DNA of 12,087 nucleotides from Deltaproteobacteria bacterium (lineage in GTDB: Bacteria; Myxococcota_A; UBA9160; SMWR01), in contig JAQBGU010000157.1 of the NCBI GenBank assembly GCA_032128375.1, positions 1 through 12,087 on the forward strand, written 5' to 3'. Within the stretch, counting starts at the first letter, position 1. Every line of letters starts with the position of its first letter. This document shows positions 6,740 through 12,087 of the stretch, one piece after another. The translations under genes were made by a program, and so were the position numbers. The notes under the pieces are model-generated. The model searched no databases. It saw only the letters and a list, made by a program, of their open reading frames with translations, and was not told where the DNA came from.

Positions 6740-7008
6740 GCTAGTGCTAGTGAAGCTGGTGGCAAACAGGGTGTCGCCACCGGATCAAGCCAGGTTCGAG
6801 ATCTGCGCCGCGGATCTCCGCACCGACGGCATACAGGCTGGACCTGGATTTCGCTCACGGGACTTCTTCCGCGCTTCACGAGTGTCCCGCATCTTCCGGC
6901 CGCGCAAGCGCGGGTGTATTGTCCACGTTTCTCGCAGGGGACGCTGGGAAAACTGAAGCCGCACGTCGAGACGCACTCGGTCCGGTCGGCCGGGAAGTTG
7001 GGGAGCCG

Positions 7009-7932
7009 ATGATCGAGTACGACACCAAGCGCTGGGCTCAGATTGTGTTTCGCGTTCACGGCAGTGTCTTGCCGCGTATCGCCGGGCGCATCACGGCAGT
7101 CGTACTCGTTGCGGCGGTCATCACGTTCGGGCAGCTGGCCATGGCCTGGAATGTGCCGACCTCGAGAACTCTTCACGCGCTCGTGGGTGTCGCGTTGGGC
7201 TTGCTTTTGGTGTTTCGAACCAACTCTTCGTACGACCGATTCTGGGAGGGACGGGTTCTGATCGGCGCGATGGTGAACAACACGCGGGACCTGGCCCGAC
7301 AGACGGCCAGCTATCTCGCCGATTCTCCGGAACCCGTTCGTCACCGCATCGGGCACTACATCATCGCGCTGTTCGCAACGATCCGGCGTTCGCTGCGTCG
7401 CGAACGCAAGGCGCCCGAGTTGGACGAACTCCTGAATGAGGACGAGCGCGAGCAGCTGATGCACACCAGCGCACCGCCGCTGCTCGTCGCGCGCTGGCTG
7501 TCCGACCAGCTCGCGGCCGAGGCGAAGGCGGGACGGCTGCCCGAAGAGCGGCTGCGCATGATCGACGCTGGGATCAGTGATGTCATCGATCAATGGGGTG
7601 GTGCGGAGCGAATCCTGAAGACTCCGGTACCGTTTGCTTACGCCCATCACATCAAGGGCTTCTTGATGATCTTCTGCTTGACCGCACCGTTGGCGCTCTT
7701 GGAGACCATGGGTTGGTACACGCCGATCGGTGCGGCGATCATCGCATACGGGCTCTACGGCATCGACGAGATCGGGATCGAGATAGAAGAGCCCTTCGGT
7801 TACGACGTCAACGATCTGCCGATGGACGGCATCGGCGAGACGATCGCGCGCAACGTCTCGGATATTCTCGGGCTCCAACAAGACCGCGTCGTGCCCGTGC
7901 CGCAGGTTGGGAAGGCGGGTGTGTATCAGTAG
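7009..7932 (+). CDS. Bestrophin-family (YneE/VCCN-like) ion channel, 307 aa
   Basis: LGLLLVFRTNSSYDRFWEGR, ERILKTPVPFAY and EIEEPFGYDVNDLPMD are bacterial bestrophin signatures; four hydrophobic segments. ATG 7009 follows GGGGAG. Confidence 0.93.
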   Translation: MIEYDTKRWAQIVFRVHGSVLPRIAGRITAVVLVAAVITFGQLAMAWNVPTSRTLHALVGVALGLLLVFRTNSSYDRFWEGRVLIGAMVNNTRDLARQTASYLADSPEPVRHRIGHYIIALFATIRRSLRRERKAPELDELLNEDEREQLMHTSAPPLLVARWLSDQLAAEAKAGRLPEERLRMIDAGISDVIDQWGGAERILKTPVPFAYAHHIKGFLMIFCLTAPLALLETMGWYTPIGAAIIAYGLYGIDEIGIEIEEPFGYDVNDLPMDGIGETIARNVSDILGLQQDRVVPVPQVGKAGVYQ

Positions 7933-9751
7933 CGAAAATCCGGACAGCGCCGACGAACGAATCTTCGGGGCATCAGATCCGAAGTACCGGTCTGCGAAGG
8001 CGCCGGCGCCGCGCGCGCGCATCGATCCCGACGCTGCCAAGGGGTGGTTTTGGCGTCTGTGGCCGCTGCTTGCGGCGCGTCGCGGGCTGCTGCTGGCGGG
8101 GTTCGTCTGCGCCGGCCTGATGATTGCCGGCAGCGTTGCGTTTCCTCGCGTGGTGATGAGCACGATCGATCTTGCGCTCACAGAGCGCAGCCACCCCATC
8201 GCGAAGTTCGCGTGGATTCTGGTCGGGATCGCTCTTGTGTCGGGGCTCGGCTCCGCGGTGTTTCGCTATTCGATCCAGAAGGTCAGCATGCTGATGGAGT
8301 ACGACCTGCGGGCCGGAATCTACGAGCACATGCTGGGCCTGTCGTTCTCCTTCTACGACCATGCTCAAACCGGCCAGCTGATCTCTCGCGCGAACGGGGA
8401 TATTCGCGCCGTTCAGCTGTTCCTGGCCTTTGCGCCGATGATGGGGCTCACCGCGTTGAGCTTCGCGGGCTCGATCGCGGTGATGTTGAGCATCAGCCCG
8501 CTGCTCACGTTGATTGCTCTCGTTCCGATTCCCGGCGTGTACTACGTGGGAATGAAGATGCGCACGAAACTTTTTCCGATTTCGTGGTTGCTTTCGGCGC
8601 GCATGGCTGAAGTGGCGACCATCGTCGAAGAGAGTGTGGCCGGAGTTCGGATCGTAAAATCCTTCGCTGCGGAAGAGCACCGGATCGGTCTGCTTGCCCA
8701 AGCGGCGGCGCGCTTGCGCTGGGTCGCGCTGAAGCAGGTATCGATTCGTTCGGGCTTCGCCCCGATGATGGAGAGCTTGCCCCGCATCGGTCGGGCGCTG
8801 GTGCTACTGGTCGGCGGCTGGATGGCCATCGAGGGTTCGCTCTCGATCGGTGCGCTGGTGGCGATCAACATGTACTTCGCCGGCCTGCAGGCGCCTTTCA
8901 TGATCCTCGGTTTTCTGATGATCATGAGTCAGCGTGCCGCAGCCTCGTCTCAGCGCATCTATGCGATCTTCGACGAGGTGTCGGACATCCAGGATCGCGA
9001 GGGCGCCGAGGACATCGAGATCTCAGAAGGTCGCGTGGAATTCGACAAGGTGAGTTTCGGCTACGCGGACGGCAAAGATGTTCTGACTGACCTCGATTTG
9101 AAGATCGACCCCGGCGAAACCGTGGCCGTGGTGGGTCGGACCGGCTGTGGAAAATCCACGCTGATGCGCCTGCTGCCGCGCTTTTACGACGTTCGCAAAG
9201 GGTACATCCGCATCGATGGCGTCGATCTCCGCGACGTGACCATTGCGAGCCTGCGGCGTGCGGTCGGTCTGGTGCTCGACGAGCCGTTTCTGTTCTCGGA
9301 ATCGATCCACGACAATATCGCCTACGCGTGTCCGGATGCCACGCGTCACGAAGTGGAAGAGGCCGCCCGCTGTGCGGATGCGCACGGCTTCGTGAGTCAA
9401 TTGGAACACGGCTATGACACAGTGATTGGCGAGCGCGGATACACGCTATCGGGAGGACAGCGCCAGCGTATCGCCATCGCCCGAACGCTGCTCGCGAACC
9501 CGCGCATCCTGGTACTCGACGACGCGACCAGTTCGTTGGACGTGAAGGTCGAGCAGCAGATCCACAACGCGCTGCGCAAGCTGTTCGAGGGCAGAACGAC
9601 GCTGATCATCGCGCATCGACTCTCGACCATCGCACTCGCCAAGCGTGTCGTGCTCGTCGACGAAGGTCGCATCGTCGCAGACGGAACCCACGAAGAACTG
9701 CTGCGCAGCGTGCCTGCGTATGCGGAAATTCTGACTCGGCAGGAGCAGTAA
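7907..9751 (+). CDS. ABC exporter half-transporter (TMD+NBD), subunit with degenerate Walker B
   Basis: Six-TM ABC membrane domain (FYDHAQTGQLISR, EESVAGVRIVKSF), Walker A GRTGCGKST, signature LSGGQRQR, Walker B ILVLDD, IIAHR. Start uncertain (TTG 7907 or GTG 7919). Confidence 0.93.
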   Translation: MGRRVCISSENPDSADERIFGASDPKYRSAKAPAPRARIDPDAAKGWFWRLWPLLAARRGLLLAGFVCAGLMIAGSVAFPRVVMSTIDLALTERSHPIAKFAWILVGIALVSGLGSAVFRYSIQKVSMLMEYDLRAGIYEHMLGLSFSFYDHAQTGQLISRANGDIRAVQLFLAFAPMMGLTALSFAGSIAVMLSISPLLTLIALVPIPGVYYVGMKMRTKLFPISWLLSARMAEVATIVEESVAGVRIVKSFAAEEHRIGLLAQAAARLRWVALKQVSIRSGFAPMMESLPRIGRALVLLVGGWMAIEGSLSIGALVAINMYFAGLQAPFMILGFLMIMSQRAAASSQRIYAIFDEVSDIQDREGAEDIEISEGRVEFDKVSFGYADGKDVLTDLDLKIDPGETVAVVGRTGCGKSTLMRLLPRFYDVRKGYIRIDGVDLRDVTIASLRRAVGLVLDEPFLFSESIHDNIAYACPDATRHEVEEAARCADAHGFVSQLEHGYDTVIGERGYTLSGGQRQRIAIARTLLANPRILVLDDATSSLDVKVEQQIHNALRKLFEGRTTLIIAHRLSTIALAKRVVLVDEGRIVADGTHEELLRSVPAYAEILTRQEQ

Positions 9752-11682
9752 TGGGTTTCCCGATGGGAATGGGGCCGCCGGGTTCATTCGGGGGTTTCGG
9801 CGGGCAGCAGAGTACGGGATTGCCCTTCTCGGGGATTCCGCCCGAGTACGCGGCCCACGTCGATGCGCTGCTGGCCGACGAGGAAGAGATCCCGATCCCC
9901 GACGTCGACTTCGACCAGGTCGATCCCGGCGAGGAGCCCTTCACGCTGCGCACCTTCTTGCTCCCCCACCGGTTTCGCTTCGCGGCAGCCATCGGGCTGA
10001 TCAGCCTCAACGCGCTGCTGTTGCAGGTCGGCCCTTGGCTGCTGCAGATCGGCATCGATGACGGTGTATTCGCTCGCGATCTGGCAGTACTGCAGGCCGT
10101 CGTGGCGGTGTACTTCGCGGCGATCGCGGCGAATTTTTTCGTCTCCCGGCAACGCATCCAGTTCACCGGGCGCCTTGGTCAGCAGTTGATGCTGGGACTG
10201 CGCGTCAAGCTCTTCACGCACCTGCAACGGCTCTCGCTGGATTTCTATACCCGGGAGAAGGCTGGGCGCATTATGGCTCGCATGACGAGCGACCTGCCGG
10301 CGATGGAGCAGCTGATCCAGGAGGGTGTCGTCAATCTGGTCACGCAGGCGATGACCTTGGTGGTCGTGTCGGGCTTTCTGTTCAGCATGGATGTGAAACT
10401 GACGCTCGTGGTGTTGGTCGGAGTGGTTCCGGGCATGCTCGCGCTCACACTGTGGTTTCACCGCAATTCGAGTCTCCGGTATGCGGCTGCGCGGGAGCGA
10501 ATCGCCGATGTGATGGCCGACCTTCAAGAGAGCTTGTCGGGCGTTCGCATCGTCGCGCTCAATAGCCGGCAGGACTTCAATACGCGCCGTCACCGCGCCG
10601 TGATCGACGACTACACCGAGACCAATCTCTCCGCGGCGAAGCTGGCAGCGATCTACGGCCCGGCGGCGAACTTCGTGGGCTCGCTGGGCCAGATCGCGGT
10701 GCTGATCATCGGCGGCACCATGGTTTATTCGGGCGAACTCAGCGTCGGCAAGGTCTCTGCTTTCGTGCTCTACATCAGTGCGTTCTTCGAGCCGATTCAA
10801 CAACTGGTCCAGCTACACAACACCTACCAGCAGGGCCAGGCGGCGGTGGGAAAGATTCGCGCGGTCTTCGCGACAAGCCCGAGCGTTCCCGAATCGGCCC
10901 ATGCCCGGGAACTCCCGGAAATACAGGGTGAGATTCGGTTCGAGGACGTGAGCTTCGGCTACGAGGACAAAAAGCTCGTGCTGCGCGGCCTCGATTTCAG
11001 CATCGAGCCAGGCGAGACCTTCGCGCTGGTGGGAGAAACGGGCGCTGGAAAGTCCACCATCGCGAAGTTGGTGACTCGCTTCTACGACCCTCAGCAGGGT
11101 CGCGTGCTGGTGGATGGTCACGATCTCGTCGATCTGCGCTTCGACTCGTTGCGTCGTCAGCTTGGCGTCGTACCCCAGGAGCCCTTCCTGTTTGCCGGAA
11201 CGATTCGCGAGAACATCGCGTTCGCACGCCCTGGTGCCAGTGACGAACAGGTCGAGTCGGCTTGCACGGCGGTGGGGATCGACGAACTGCTCGCCGGCCT
11301 GCCCGACGGCATCGACACAGCGTGCCACGAGCGAGGCGTGACGCTTTCGTCAGGCGAGCGTCAACTGATCGCATTGGCGCGCGCGTTTCTCGCGCAACCA
11401 CGCGTATTGATCCTCGACGAAGCCACATCGAACCTCGATCTGATGACCGAGTCGCTGATCGAGCGCGCACTCGACACGCTGTTGGAAGGGCGAACCGCCA
11501 TCCTCATCGCTCACCGCCTCAGCACGGCGATGCGCGCCAACCGAATCGCCGTGGTGTCCGAAGGCCGGATCGTCGAGATCGGCTCCCACGCAGAGTTGTT
11601 GCGCCAGGGCGGTTCGTACGCCTCGCTGTTCGAGACCTGGCAACGCCACGGCGGTCACAGCCGCCATGCGGCGGACAGCTGA
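9751..11682 (+). CDS. ABC exporter half-transporter (TMD+NBD), partner subunit, 643 aa
   Basis: FYTREKAGRIMAR, QESLSGVRIV, Walker A GETGAGKST, Q-loop PQEP, signature LSSGERQ, Walker B LILDEA, LIAHR. TAATG stop/start overlap with the upstream subunit and AGGAG at 9741-9745. Confidence 0.95.
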   Translation: MGFPMGMGPPGSFGGFGGQQSTGLPFSGIPPEYAAHVDALLADEEEIPIPDVDFDQVDPGEEPFTLRTFLLPHRFRFAAAIGLISLNALLLQVGPWLLQIGIDDGVFARDLAVLQAVVAVYFAAIAANFFVSRQRIQFTGRLGQQLMLGLRVKLFTHLQRLSLDFYTREKAGRIMARMTSDLPAMEQLIQEGVVNLVTQAMTLVVVSGFLFSMDVKLTLVVLVGVVPGMLALTLWFHRNSSLRYAAARERIADVMADLQESLSGVRIVALNSRQDFNTRRHRAVIDDYTETNLSAAKLAAIYGPAANFVGSLGQIAVLIIGGTMVYSGELSVGKVSAFVLYISAFFEPIQQLVQLHNTYQQGQAAVGKIRAVFATSPSVPESAHARELPEIQGEIRFEDVSFGYEDKKLVLRGLDFSIEPGETFALVGETGAGKSTIAKLVTRFYDPQQGRVLVDGHDLVDLRFDSLRRQLGVVPQEPFLFAGTIRENIAFARPGASDEQVESACTAVGIDELLAGLPDGIDTACHERGVTLSSGERQLIALARAFLAQPRVLILDEATSNLDLMTESLIERALDTLLEGRTAILIAHRLSTAMRANRIAVVSEGRIVEIGSHAELLRQGGSYASLFETWQRHGGHSRHAADS

Positions 11683-11821
11683 ATGGCGTGTTGGCGCGGG
11701 TTGTCTCGCAGGAGGCGGCTCGATGATCTCGCCGACGAGCCTCGATCGACTCGACCGGCGAGAATCGGCTTTCACACTGTCAGCGTTGTGGTCCGAAGAA
11801 TGGGTCTGAATGATCGCGCAC

Positions 11822-12087
11822 GGTGTCGCGAAACCACTCGGCCGCTGCTAGATCGCGTATTTCAGTTCATGCGCCGCGCAGCGGGCAATCGCCCGCGTTC
11901 TGATGCGCCCGAAGTAGCAGTCCTCCAACCATCCCGTCAGGTTCGTCCGCCACGGGAATTCTCGCTCCGCCAACACATCATCCACCGTCAGCCGCCTGGG
12001 TGTCACGCCCATCCGCACCGCGGGTGGGGCGTCCCGCTTCCGTTCCGAAACGCTCTTGATGTAGTTGCGCCAGACCAGCCAGATCGC
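11822..12087 (-). mobile_element. Putative end of an IS-like element, candidate terminal sequence GGTGTCGCGAAACCACT (11822-11838)
   Basis: Lies 10-26 nt beyond the stop of the transposase-like ORF and begins with GGT, as IS1 terminal repeats do. The partner end is outside the window, so the boundary is inferred. Confidence 0.4.
11848..12087 (-). CDS. C-terminal 79 aa of a probable IS1-like DDE transposase (5'-truncated by window edge)
   Basis: Reverse strand reads AIWLVWRNYIKSVSERKRDAPPAVRMGVTPRRLTVDDVLAEREFPWRTNLTGWLEDCYFGRIRTRAIARCAAHELKYAI*. The W-R-N-Y-x-K ... P-A-x-x-x-G-x-T-x-R-x-L-T/S-x-x-D/E-V-L pattern resembles the YN..R...TPAM.aGlt....s..el tail of IS1/IS6-like transposases. The DDE residues are outside the window. 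Confidence 0.6.
   Translation of the reverse strand, partial: AIWLVWRNYIKSVSERKRDAPPAVRMGVTPRRLTVDDVLAEREFPWRTNLTGWLEDCYFGRIRTRAIARCAAHELKYAI

Noticed and set aside
6769..6777. GGTGTCGC match to the candidate IS end at 11822
   Set aside because: Only 8 bp match and the AAACCACT part is absent; expected by chance.
6758..6792. Fluoride or c-di-GMP-I riboswitch upstream of the channel gene (GGCAAAC...GTCGCC)
   Set aside because: It lacks the GAUGG and CUGAUG elements of the fluoride motif and the GNRA loop/receptor arrangement of c-di-GMP-I.
6694..8199. 501-aa minus-strand ORF
   Set aside because: Antisense shadow of the bestrophin and ABC genes with no recognisable motifs; typical of GC-rich DNA.
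9784..10803. 339-aa minus-strand ORF and the other alternative-frame ORFs in the track
   Set aside because: They are fully nested in well-supported genes, have Arg/Ala/Pro-rich composition and show no domain signatures.
11717..11763. Bidirectional terminator between the ABC gene and the convergent transposase-like gene
   Set aside because: Overlapping stems (GGCTCG/CGAGCC, TCTCGCCG/CGGCGAGA) have long loops and no adjacent U/A tracts.

Overview
GC-rich bacterial DNA in which nearly every gene lies on the + strand. In order: the 3' end of a MoaD/ThiS sulfur-carrier gene (absent from the ORF track) and a tungsten-type aldehyde:ferredoxin oxidoreductase; a run of small accessory genes (alpha/beta-hydrolase, GFA/CENP-V protein, DUF4180 protein, a SAM methyltransferase split by a 1-nt frameshift, GNAT acetyltransferase, ASCH-domain protein); a PhyH-family 2OG-Fe(II) dioxygenase; a bestrophin-family channel; and a heterodimeric ABC exporter with one degenerate ATP site. 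The right edge holds, on the - strand, the C-terminus of a probable IS1-like DDE transposase (also absent from the track) with a candidate element end. The most unusual non-coding feature is a 41-bp inverted repeat (22-bp perfect core) that brackets exactly the PhyH gene. A perfect 18-bp palindrome precedes the GNAT gene. No rRNA, tRNA, CRISPR array or convincing attC site was seen. All family calls come from motif recognition by eye, not from database searches.
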